Both the position numbers and the translations under genes were made by a program. Of a DNA stretch of 64,000 nucleotides, positions 51,348-60,033 are shown one piece after another. The notes beneath the pieces were generated by a model. It saw only the letters and a list, made by a program, of their open reading frames with translations. It was not told where the DNA came from and searched no databases. Position 1 is the stretch's first letter. Every line of letters starts with the position of its first letter. The stretch is from Patescibacteria group bacterium UBA926 (GTDB lineage: Bacteria > Patescibacteriota > Doudnabacteria > UBA920), in the NCBI GenBank assembly GCA_002293685.1, contig DBDS01000006.1, positions 180,909-244,908 of the forward strand, read 5' to 3'.

Positions 51348-51884
51348 TCAATTGTCCCTAATCATCGCTATCAGCTCCATAGCCTTCTCCACAGCCTCTT
51401 TAGCATTTACAGCTGGTTCAACCATTAGGCGGTTTCGATCATCAAAGTATTTTCCAGCCATTTTATCTGCCCAACCACCAGTACCAGTTACAGCCACAAT
51501 AGGAATGTTCGCCTGATATGCTATCGCCATTTCAGTAAGGGTACCACTACCACCATTGATTGCTATGATAGCGTCGCAAGAAAGTACGAGGTTCAGCTCT
51601 CTGCCACCTCCACGCTCCATACCACTTACGATGATGATATCGACATTTTCTTCGACTATATCCTTACCTTTTCCGTAAGTAACTCCTACGGTAGTCCCAC
51701 CAGCTTTCTTAGCTCCCCTACACGCCGCAGTAGATAAAGAGTCAAAATCCTTTTCCGCACCAAAAAACAGCACAGCTCCTTGTTGAGCAACTTCATAGCC
51801 CACCTCCTCAGCTATTGCTTCAAATTCTTTTGAGTAGTTCAAATCACTGCAACTACCCATCACACCTATTTGAATTGTTTTCAT
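51348..51884 (-). CDS. LOG/TIGR00725-family Rossmann-fold nucleotide-binding protein
   Basis: INGGSGTLTE (GGxGTxxE) motif. Confidence 0.5.
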   Translation of the reverse strand: MKTIQIGVMGSCSDLNYSKEFEAIAEEVGYEVAQQGAVLFFGAEKDFDSLSTAACRGAKKAGGTTVGVTYGKGKDIVEENVDIIIVSGMERGGGRELNLVLSCDAIIAINGGSGTLTEMAIAYQANIPIVAVTGTGGWADKMAGKYFDDRNRLMVEPAVNAKEAVEKAMELIAMIRDN

Positions 51885-52114
51885 AATAATTATTTAGTTA
51901 AACTGTTAAATCTGTTCCCGTAATCTAATATAATTATTTATACTAAACTTCTTTAAAACTTCGCTATTTCATATAATGTACTTGAATAGATTTTATTCAT
52001 ACTGTTATTCTACTTTTAGTTTGAGAAAAAATCTACTGCACTATGACAAATTTTAACAACAAATAAAAAAGGTGTCGGGGACACCTTTTAATTTATGGTA
52101 GGTCAAGTGCATGA

Positions 52115-52579
52115 TCAATGCACGTCTGATATTTCACAATGCATTTGATTAATGGAAATTTCATCACCCACCTCTTTTCCCAAGCATGCTTGAGCAAGTG
52201 GGGCAGCGACTGAAATACTTACTACCTTAACCCCATCAATAGTAATCTCTTCACCCCCAGAACTAGTAACCAAGTAATACATCTTTCGCTTCTTGGTTAG
52301 TATGTCTGTGAGCTCAAATACCGCTCCTAGATAAACTTTATCCTGAGAATTTGCTTGCAATCTACCTAGCGACGAAATCACCTCGCGCAAATCACCTAAC
52401 TGTCGACTTTGAGCCAAAGCTAGATTACTAAGCGAAAATTTATTAGTATCAGAATGACTCACATTCGCACCCGGAGAATCCCACGCCCGCTTTTTATTGC
52501 CTTCGATGGACTCAGTAATAGAGCTTAGTATCTCCTTATACCGTTCCAAAAATTTAGACCTGACAGTTTCTTTATCCAT
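52115..52579 (-). CDS. GreA/GreB C-terminal (FKBP-like) domain protein, Rnk-like
   Basis: C-terminal ...ITIDGVKVVSISVAAPLAQACLGKEVGDEISI matches Gre C-domain; AGGAGG RBS before MDKETV. Confidence 0.4.
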   Translation of the reverse strand: MDKETVRSKFLERYKEILSSITESIEGNKKRAWDSPGANVSHSDTNKFSLSNLALAQSRQLGDLREVISSLGRLQANSQDKVYLGAVFELTDILTKKRKMYYLVTSSGGEEITIDGVKVVSISVAAPLAQACLGKEVGDEISINQMHCEISDVH

Positions 52580-52590
52580 ATTTCCTCCTA

Positions 52591-53676
52591 TCAAAGCACG
52601 GAATCTTCTAACTTCAACCTTTCGGTTTTGGTTTTCAGTAGAAGATATTCTAAAATTTCCAGATCATAACCACCGCTTCCCACAGAATTCGTGGGCCTTA
52701 TTGCCATATTTTCCTTTGCTATTTTCAAATGAGGCTGGCGGAATTTCTCCATCCCTAGGAGAATCGACACCAATCCCTTGATAGAGTTCTGAGCAATAGG
52801 GTTTTCCAAGGACGAACACCTTGAAACTTGCAAAGCAATTGATGGCCTAACCATTATTTTACCAATGCGATTCCTGTACGCTTTTGGTAAATATTGCGTA
52901 CTTTCGTTCCAATAGCGAACATAGCTGATCTCATTACAATCTACGCCCCACAATATGAGATCCATAAGACATATAGGCATCTGAGCACCTCCAGGAGCAA
53001 AGTACTTCTTACCCCCGATTATCTTTGGCTCAAAAAAAGGTCGCAATGAATGAGTAAAAACCTCTGGAGAGATCTGCTTTCTCACTACGACTATATTTTT
53101 AACCATTTCTGAAAAATGATTTACGACTTCTTCACAAATGTTTGCATATTCGGGGTCTAGTAAGTCAAGTGACTGCAGAATCTCGAGCCCTGCTATGCAT
53201 ACTGGTAAATGACGCATTCCACTCACAAAAGAGTCTATAAATATCCTTTCTTCAGAATACATTGTAAAACGTCTCTGATTTTCACCTTTGGGATTTCTTG
53301 GCCCGTAGGTATAGACAGTATCAACTGGTAGCTCACGTGTAACTTCCCCAAGTTTTAACAAGACAGGCTCGAGCAGTGGAATGCTAGCAATTTTTACACC
53401 CCAACGATTAAGGGATGAGGCTAACATGCTCAAATCCCTGGTAACAGCCATGGCTGGTAACGCACTCATGGAAATGATGTTTTGGTATCCTACACTTGAG
53501 AAAGTCTTATCAAGTAGATTTAACATCTTAGAGGTGTCACCCGTTTGACTCAAGAAAGGAAATTCATTCATAAAACCCTTATCCCAGCCCAACGGATCAA
53601 GTTCAGCCACTGTTGCATCAATAAGATTCGAAAGTTTATACACGGAATACTCCGAACTCTCTTTAATAATATTCAT
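52591..53676 (-). CDS. indoleamine 2,3-dioxygenase-like (IDO/PrnB fold) heme enzyme
   Basis: FAPGGAQMPICLMDLILWGV ~ IDO [21 protein letters not shown]; proximal-His-like RQPHLKI; C-terminal GSGGYDLEILEYL ~ GTGGTDLMNFL. Confidence 0.5.
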   Translation of the reverse strand: MNIIKESSEYSVYKLSNLIDATVAELDPLGWDKGFMNEFPFLSQTGDTSKMLNLLDKTFSSVGYQNIISMSALPAMAVTRDLSMLASSLNRWGVKIASIPLLEPVLLKLGEVTRELPVDTVYTYGPRNPKGENQRRFTMYSEERIFIDSFVSGMRHLPVCIAGLEILQSLDLLDPEYANICEEVVNHFSEMVKNIVVVRKQISPEVFTHSLRPFFEPKIIGGKKYFAPGGAQMPICLMDLILWGVDCNEISYVRYWNESTQYLPKAYRNRIGKIMVRPSIALQVSRCSSLENPIAQNSIKGLVSILLGMEKFRQPHLKIAKENMAIRPTNSVGSGGYDLEILEYLLLKTKTERLKLEDSVL

Positions 53677-53822
53677 AATTCCTCCTTCAATTCTATTCCT
53701 GGATTAAATCAACCGCAGGTTACGACCCCAGACCAAATCTAGAGGCAAAATCTATGGTAGATTTTTTTAACTCTTTATATCTGCTAAAATATATTCATAA
53801 TTTAATAACATAATTTAATAGC

Positions 53823-54371
53823 ATGGAAATTTACTTAGTCACAAAAAATCAAGGAAAGCTGATGGCGGCTCAAAAAGTTTTTAAAGACTCTAATATTAAA
53901 CTTCTCCCTGTTGAAAAAGATTACCCAGAAATTCAAGCCAACTCCTCCATCCAAATTGCTGAACATACAAGTATACAGGTCTCCGCTGAACTTGGAAAGC
54001 CAGCACTAAGGGAAGATCATAGTATTTGCCTATACGCCCTGAATGGATTACCAGGACCTTTTATGAGCTATTTTGGAGAGAAGATGTCTGATAAGGATTT
54101 ATTAAATCTTTTTAAGAATCAACAGAATCGAACTGGGTATTTTGAGGTTGCAACTGTATTAGCTTTTCCCGATGGTAAAACCATCAACTCAATATTTAAA
54201 GTAAATTTTACTCTAAGCGAACAGAGTAAGGGAGAACTACAAAGCGGATGGAATAGGATTATTATGCTTGAAGGAGAAACAAGAACCCTAGCTGAGTACC
54301 CAGAATCTGAAAGGCTACATATATGGGAACAAGGATATAAATCCATTGCAAATCAATTAGGGAGAGCCTAA
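53823..54371 (+). CDS. Ham1/RdgB-family non-canonical purine NTP pyrophosphatase homolog (divergent)
   Basis: LVTKNQGKL, REDHSICLYALNGLPGPF, ATVLAFPDG motifs. Confidence 0.55.
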   Translation: MEIYLVTKNQGKLMAAQKVFKDSNIKLLPVEKDYPEIQANSSIQIAEHTSIQVSAELGKPALREDHSICLYALNGLPGPFMSYFGEKMSDKDLLNLFKNQQNRTGYFEVATVLAFPDGKTINSIFKVNFTLSEQSKGELQSGWNRIIMLEGETRTLAEYPESERLHIWEQGYKSIANQLGRA

Positions 54372-55031
54372 TCTAATAAAGACACCGCGCAGAACATCAC
54401 GTGCGCCCTCACTGGTTTTTGAGCTATACTCATGTACTTGACCATTGGGTTCAATTTTGTTTTTCTGTAATAATTCCAATACCTGCTGATATGTAAGTAA
54501 TATCATCGGGAGTCCTAAGTTATTAAAATAAATAGGTCCGTTCAGTGCTTTTTTTAATTTACTCTCACCTCCATTTGCTACAAAAATATTTAAACACAAA
54601 AAGCCACCATGTTTCAGAATTCTAGATATTTCTGAAATTCCATTTTCTAAAATTTGTATAGAATTTCCATTATGCAATACCCCGCTTGCTATAACTACAT
54701 CAAATTGTGAATTTTTATAAGGGACATTTTGAAAGTCAGCTTTAATCACCCTATTTTCCGTATATCGATCACTAAACCCAAATGTACTGAATTTTTTTCT
54801 TGTCGCATTAACCATCTCAGTATGATAATCGCAAGCATAGACATCGAACCCCAGCTTTAAAGATAGCTCGGAGTTTCTTCCCGCACCACTTCCTAAGTCT
54901 AATAACTTAAGATTAAATGGATCTTTAAAGCCCCGCAAAAAATCTTCCCAGTATTTAGGATGGGGATAATTCTCAAACTCATTTACCACATGCAGATCAT
55001 TCCAATAATCCGACTGGGTCATAGTCTTCAT
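54357..55031 (-). CDS. class I SAM-dependent methyltransferase
   Basis: LLDLGSGAGRNS motif I. Confidence 0.65.
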   Translation of the reverse strand: MKTMTQSDYWNDLHVVNEFENYPHPKYWEDFLRGFKDPFNLKLLDLGSGAGRNSELSLKLGFDVYACDYHTEMVNATRKKFSTFGFSDRYTENRVIKADFQNVPYKNSQFDVVIASGVLHNGNSIQILENGISEISRILKHGGFLCLNIFVANGGESKLKKALNGPIYFNNLGLPMILLTYQQVLELLQKNKIEPNGQVHEYSSKTSEGARDVLRGVFIRLGSP

Positions 55032-55041
55032 GGTTAATAAA

Positions 55042-56115
55042 TTATAGTTTACTTAATACTCTATACCCTCGATTATGAACCTTCGTGATAATGCAATCTA
55101 ATCCAGCTTTGGAAAATTCCTTAATACACTTCTTCTCATCACTTGTTATTGCAAAAAAAGCTGGTCCTACACTAGACAATGATAATGTATATACCTTGGG
55201 GTCCAAAAAGAGCTTCTTAATTCTCCGTGCAATACCTACCACAAGAGGATAAGCAAATGAGCAATTTTCTATGCTCCCATACAAAAACCTATAATTATAG
55301 ATAACTTTCGAGGCTGATTTCAGATCTCCGACTAACATCGCAGGGAGTGTGAAATGAATAAGCTGGTAGGCGACTTGCGTCCCCCATTTTTTTCCAGTTT
55401 CAATAAATTTTTTTATATTCTTTACTTCTTGCTTAATGAGTTCAGTAGAATCTCTTGGATTATAGTTTCTGGGAATCCCTATTACCACTTTCAAATCCTT
55501 TGAAATATTCATCTTAGCTATAATCTTGCTTTCCCCCGATATAACTATAAACCCAGCCTTAACTAGTGATGCGGCGGCGGCACCTCCAATGCACTGAACA
55601 TGTTGTAGCTCCGTAGAATTTCCATCAATTTCTTCTCCATGATTCTGAGCTAAATATAAAATTAAATCTGAATTCTTAATTGGCTTGCCATATATTTCAT
55701 TTATGGCAATAGCAATAGACGAAATCAACCCACTGCTAGAACCGAAACCGTAATGATTAAGGTTAACCTCTTCTTTAATGCTAATATCAAAACCATTCTT
55801 AGTATTTAAAGCTCTTTTCATCAACCTAGCTGCATGGACCGCTAACTGAGGCCTCGAACATCCGGGTAATACATTAATCCTAGAATCCTTTCGTATCCTA
55901 ACTAGAACTATTCGGTAAAGCTGTATTGGGAATACGATTTCTCCCGGGGTGTAAATTTTTGAATCATTAATTGCTATTAGTGAAGGATCTAAAGCCATAG
56001 CATTTAATCTGTACGGACATTTTATCACTACGCTTGAGTACGCAGGTCTAACCCTACCAACTACCATCTTTGGTGAGTTAAGAATCGTTCCAATCTTAAA
56101 TTTGGGAGATTTCAT
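55042..56115 (-). CDS. GHMP kinase family protein
   Basis: HYGFGSSSGLISSIAIA (GHMP motif II). Confidence 0.55.
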   Translation of the reverse strand: MKSPKFKIGTILNSPKMVVGRVRPAYSSVVIKCPYRLNAMALDPSLIAINDSKIYTPGEIVFPIQLYRIVLVRIRKDSRINVLPGCSRPQLAVHAARLMKRALNTKNGFDISIKEEVNLNHYGFGSSSGLISSIAIAINEIYGKPIKNSDLILYLAQNHGEEIDGNSTELQHVQCIGGAAAASLVKAGFIVISGESKIIAKMNISKDLKVVIGIPRNYNPRDSTELIKQEVKNIKKFIETGKKWGTQVAYQLIHFTLPAMLVGDLKSASKVIYNYRFLYGSIENCSFAYPLVVGIARRIKKLFLDPKVYTLSLSSVGPAFFAITSDEKKCIKEFSKAGLDCIITKVHNRGYRVLSKL

Positions 56116-56629
56116 GGCGGGCCTTTACTTTGTTAATAGATTGAATAAAAATCACAGCTCTAGATACAGTTTTTTCTACCTCCCCTTCTAAGTTTGAGCA
56201 GATTAGCAATGGAATTTCTAATTGTTCAGACAAGCGATAAGCTTCATTTCTAGACCGCTTTAAGTCTAATTGTAAACTTGCCAGTTCAGTAAATCTTTTT
56301 TTCTTCTTGTCTGCTTTCAGTCTTTTTAACAAATGCTCGAGTGGTGGATCAAGTAAAATTAGTGCTTTTGTCCTTTCATTAGTATAATTCGTAGCTCTGT
56401 TTGGATTTTCAAACTCTAAATGCTCATCAATGAGCACCAAACCATTTGTATTATCCAATATCTCATACATAGCAAAGTCAGCCAGCGCCTTCTCTTGATA
56501 CTGACGAAATAACTCACTGTAGGTGATAGTCCTGCAATCCAGATCTTTGATTGAACCAATCATGGATAATAGAGTAGTCTTACCGCTCCCACTGACACCC
56601 GCAACCTTCACCGTCCAAAAATTTCCCAT
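56096..56629 (-). CDS. P-loop NTPase / small-molecule kinase-like protein
   Basis: VAGVSGSGKTTL Walker A; overlaps downstream GHMP gene start. Confidence 0.5.
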   Translation of the reverse strand: MGNFWTVKVAGVSGSGKTTLLSMIGSIKDLDCRTITYSELFRQYQEKALADFAMYEILDNTNGLVLIDEHLEFENPNRATNYTNERTKALILLDPPLEHLLKRLKADKKKKRFTELASLQLDLKRSRNEAYRLSEQLEIPLLICSNLEGEVEKTVSRAVIFIQSINKVKARHEISQI

Positions 56630-56812
56630 ATAAATGGTTTAATTTAAAGTTAAATAAAATATACAAATACATTATCCATGTTGTCAATAGTTGACAACAA
56701 AGAAAATTGTTGCTAAAAATTAATAACAAGAGAGGTTGTTTGAAACCCTCAATTTCTCAGTATATTTACTATTTTATTTGTTTTTTAGTTATATTTCATT
56801 AACAGTGGAAAA

Positions 56813-57577
56813 ATGAACGAACTTGAACAACAGCTTCAGAAAATCGGTCTATCTGATAAAGAAGCCAAGCTATATCTTGCACTACTTAGTGCTGGCCCTG
56901 TAACCGCTAGAGAAGTCGCGCATTTAGCCAAAATTAACCGTAGTACTACATACGTTATTTTAGAATCGTTGGTTAAAAAAGGCCTAGTCAGTAGTATAGA
57001 ACAAAACAAAATCCGAAAATATTCTTCAGTGAGCCCTGAGCGTCTACTTTCACATATAGAAGACCAGATTAGAGAATATACGAGTATGGTTGGTCAAGTG
57101 AATTCAATGCTACCTCAGTTAAAAAGCATCTACACAGGAATCGGCCCTAAACCCAAGATTCAGTACTTTGAAGAAGCTGAGGGAATAAAAACAGTTTACG
57201 AAGACACTTTAACCTCAAATGAAACCATCCGAGCATTCGCGTCTATTGATGATATGCATGAAGCTTTAGGTGAGTACTTCCCTGCCTACTATCATCGCCG
57301 AGCAGCAAAGAAGATTCATATCAAATCTATTCACCCCGACACTACAGCATCGAGAGAGAGAATGAAGCATAACAAAAAGGAAGCTCGCGAAGGATTGTTA
57401 ATACCTCAGGACAAGTTTGGTTTTACTCCTGAAATTAATATCTACAATGACAAAATTGCATTTATGTCACTGACAGAAAAGCATGCGATGGTAATTGAGA
57501 GTAAAGAGTTAGCCGACGCCCTCCGTAAAATTTTTGATTTAGCATGGATTGGTGCGAAATCAATCAGTAAGAAGTAA
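56813..57577 (+). CDS. TrmB-family transcriptional regulator
   Basis: N-terminal wHTH LSDKEAKLYLALLSAGPVTAREVA...RSTTYVILESLVKKGLV. Confidence 0.65.
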   Translation: MNELEQQLQKIGLSDKEAKLYLALLSAGPVTAREVAHLAKINRSTTYVILESLVKKGLVSSIEQNKIRKYSSVSPERLLSHIEDQIREYTSMVGQVNSMLPQLKSIYTGIGPKPKIQYFEEAEGIKTVYEDTLTSNETIRAFASIDDMHEALGEYFPAYYHRRAAKKIHIKSIHPDTTASRERMKHNKKEAREGLLIPQDKFGFTPEINIYNDKIAFMSLTEKHAMVIESKELADALRKIFDLAWIGAKSISKK

Positions 57578-57586
57578 ATCCATATC

Positions 57587-58396
57587 ATGTCACAGACACC
57601 ATTTAAAAAACTTGATAATCATTGGGGCCAAAAGTTTAATGCTTTTATCAAAGATGAAAGCACTAATATAAGTGGGACCATCAAAGACCGGAGAAATAAA
57701 CACATAATCTCCCGTGCTCAAGCTCTCCACGTCGATAAGTTGGTTATTATTACCTCAGGTAATAACGGATATAGCCTTGGGAATTTAGCAAGAAAAAGCA
57801 ATATTAAAATAGTTTCCATTATCGATAAAAATCGACCGCAGAAAGTCAAAAAAGAACTACTTCAGGTTTGCTATGACGTTATCGAACTTAATCTACACAG
57901 CAAATATCTCCTACCCGAAGATACAGTTAGATATGCCCGTGAAAATGATCAGGAGGTGATTTGGGACGTTACAAATGGCTATGAGGAAGGCTATGAAGAT
58001 GTGATTAAAGAAATCTATGCCAAAATCACCCCAGATTATATAGTAGTCCCTATCGGCAGCGGTGGAATTTTTTTCGCTTTTGCAGAAAAAACCGAACAAC
58101 TCAAACTGCCAACTAAAATCATTGGGGTCGATCTACAGCATAAAGCCTATAGCTTCGCAGATAAATTATATAACCCTTGGCCTTCTCCTTACGAGAAAAG
58201 TATCGAAAATTTCCGCCTTAACGGTCATAAAATAATTAGTCTTTCTGACACTGAAATCAAGCAAACTTATAACAAGTTTAAAAAACATATTGATTGTGAG
58301 CCTTCTGCCAGTGTCGTATTCGCCGCCCCAGATAAGTTCAAATTTGAACCAGCTGACAAAGTGGTATTTCTAAACACAGGAAAAGGCCTAATTTAA
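57587..58396 (+). CDS. fold-type II PLP-dependent enzyme (Trp-synthase-beta/cysteine-synthase/threonine-synthase superfamily)
   Basis: ESTNISGTIKDRRN (SFKDRG-like PLP-Lys motif), glycine loop GSGGIF. Confidence 0.5.
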   Translation: MSQTPFKKLDNHWGQKFNAFIKDESTNISGTIKDRRNKHIISRAQALHVDKLVIITSGNNGYSLGNLARKSNIKIVSIIDKNRPQKVKKELLQVCYDVIELNLHSKYLLPEDTVRYARENDQEVIWDVTNGYEEGYEDVIKEIYAKITPDYIVVPIGSGGIFFAFAEKTEQLKLPTKIIGVDLQHKAYSFADKLYNPWPSPYEKSIENFRLNGHKIISLSDTEIKQTYNKFKKHIDCEPSASVVFAAPDKFKFEPADKVVFLNTGKGLI

Positions 58397-58446
58397 ACTA
58401 AAGGCAGATTATTGTGCTATAATATAGCCAGAAATATTGGAGCACT

Positions 58447-58899
58447 ATGCCCCCAGAAACAGAACTCAAAACTATCGTAATAGTTGAGGACGATGTTGCG
58501 ATGCGGGAAATTGTCACCCATAAGCTTTCGGCCAGCGGTTTCGTTGTCAAAGAAGCTGAGGATGGTAAAGCCGGCATCGATCTTATCGTGGAAACCAAGC
58601 CTAGCTTGGTATTGTTAGATTTAATGCTTCCCGAGGTTGATGGCTTCGCGGTTTTGGAAACCATCCGTAAACATAAAGATCCAGAAATAGCTAACACTCC
58701 AATCATCATTTTATCCAACCTTTGGAGCAATAAAGATATCCTCAAAACCAAAGCGCTTCACGTTCAAGCATATTTAGTTAAAGCCTACTTTACCACCGAG
58801 GAAATCTTGAAGAAAGTACAAGAAGTCCTCGCTAATCCAGAAAAATTTGCCGAGTTGTCTGTAAATAATCAATCTGGCGGTCCGCCGATAAATCAATAA
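58447..58899 (+). CDS. single-domain response regulator (CheY-like receiver)
   Basis: IVEDD...LLDLMLP...K receiver residues. Confidence 0.7.
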   Translation: MPPETELKTIVIVEDDVAMREIVTHKLSASGFVVKEAEDGKAGIDLIVETKPSLVLLDLMLPEVDGFAVLETIRKHKDPEIANTPIIILSNLWSNKDILKTKALHVQAYLVKAYFTTEEILKKVQEVLANPEKFAELSVNNQSGGPPINQ

Positions 58900-58916
58900 A
58901 CTTCTTCTAATATATA

Positions 58917-59026
58917 GATCCCCTCTTCTCCTCGCTTCGTCAACACAAAATCTCTACAAGATTTAGACGGACTTCGCTCTCAGACCAGAGATGACATCAG
59001 AGATCCTTCGCTACGCTCAGGATGAC
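58917..59026. repeat. composite MITE-like element, inverted copy of the 43110-43212 type
   Basis: cacaaaatctctacaagatttag is reverse complement of core at 43127-43149; ends atgtcatcctgagcgtagcgaaggatc (rc). Confidence 0.55.
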
Positions 59027-59093
59027 ATAATTCTTTGACTATAGTGACAAAACAAAATCCCAGCATGTGCTGGGATTTATTTTAAATAAAAAT

Positions 59094-59172
59094 CACCTCG
59101 TTGCAGAACTCATGGATCCCCGGTCGGTCGCTTCGCGACCACCGAGGATGACATCTGTACGAGGTGATAGTT
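59094..59172 (-). terminator. long hairpin terminator of hup with repeat unit in the loop
   Basis: atcacctcg...cgaggtgat outer stem, T-run on minus strand. Confidence 0.45.
59115..59152. repeat. hairpin repeat unit embedded in the loop of the hup terminator hairpin
   Basis: gatccccggtcggtcgcttcgcgaccaccgaggatgac. Confidence 0.5.
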
Positions 59173-59173
59173 T

Positions 59174-59446
59174 TTAAAGGATAGCGTCCTTTGCAGCTTT
59201 TGCTACAGTGAACTTTACTACAGTCTTAGCAGGAATAGAAATAGATTCACCTGTTGCTGGGTTGCGACCCATGCGAGCATCACGGTGCTTCTTTTTTAAC
59301 TTACCAAGGCCAGGAATTGAAAATTCGCCAGCAGATTTGGTTTCTTTGTAAGCCAATTCAACCATGGCTTCCATGAATTCTACTACTTCTTTTTTTGTCT
59401 TGCCGGTTTTTTCGGCTAAGTGTTGTAAAACTTCTGACTTAGTCAT
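59174..59446 (-). CDS. hup: DNA-binding protein HU
   Basis: classic HU/IHF sequence with RNPATGE arm. Confidence 0.85.
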   Translation of the reverse strand: MTKSEVLQHLAEKTGKTKKEVVEFMEAMVELAYKETKSAGEFSIPGLGKLKKKHRDARMGRNPATGESISIPAKTVVKFTVAKAAKDAIL

Positions 59447-59721
59447 TGTTTTTCCTTAAATCTCCGTAGAGATATTTAATTGCTATCCCAAGACTCTAAT
59501 CTAAGAGTTGAGGTTATACAATTATCGTATACAAAAAACCTCGAAAAAACAAGGGTTTTTTGAACTTTCGTCAAGGGTTTATTAGGAAAAGTGAATATAA
59601 ATATTTTAGCGTTAGAAAAACTGGCTTATTGTTGAGGAAATTATACTTTATCCCCTATTTTATCGGAACTTTAAAATTTCTTAATTGGGACTTCATCGCA
59701 CTGTGAAATGATTAAATAAGT

Positions 59722-59792
59722 GGGCCCGATCCGGTGATAACACTAGGGTCGACACCTAAGTGTTGGCGGTTCAACCCCGCTCGGGTCCACCA
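59722..59792 (+). other. tRNA-like element: 7-bp acceptor-like stem, T-arm-like hairpin (GGCGG TTCAACC CCGCT), ACCA 3' end, but no D or anticodon arm
   Basis: gggcccg pairs with cgggtcc; T-loop-like TTCAACC; 8-bp hairpin with CTAA loop replaces D/anticodon arms. Confidence 0.3.
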
Positions 59793-59866
59793 GATTGACA
59801 TGCGTACGTTTAAATGCTAAGTTTGAAATGTCGATCCTAGTGTTATTTGTCCCGAACCGGACAAAG

Positions 59867-59899
59867 CAAAAAGAACCCTCTACCGAGGGTTCTTTTTAT
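59867..59899. terminator. terminator hairpin
   Basis: aaaaagaaccctc taccg agggttctttttatt. Confidence 0.65.
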
Positions 59900-60033
59900 T
59901 AAGCACGATATTTAAAATTAAGTAATTTAATCGAAAACCCCGCAAGCGGGGTTTTCTCGGAGCCATAATGGCACTTTAGATATTTTAGGATATCGATTAT
60001 ATGTCTAGTTGTCAAGATGGCGATCTATCACAA

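Noticed and set aside
59722-59792. Canonical tRNA gene
   Set aside because: Only 68 nt before CCA. No D-stem can be formed, and the only internal hairpin has a 4-nt loop, so no 7-nt anticodon loop with U33. Kept only as a tRNA-like element.
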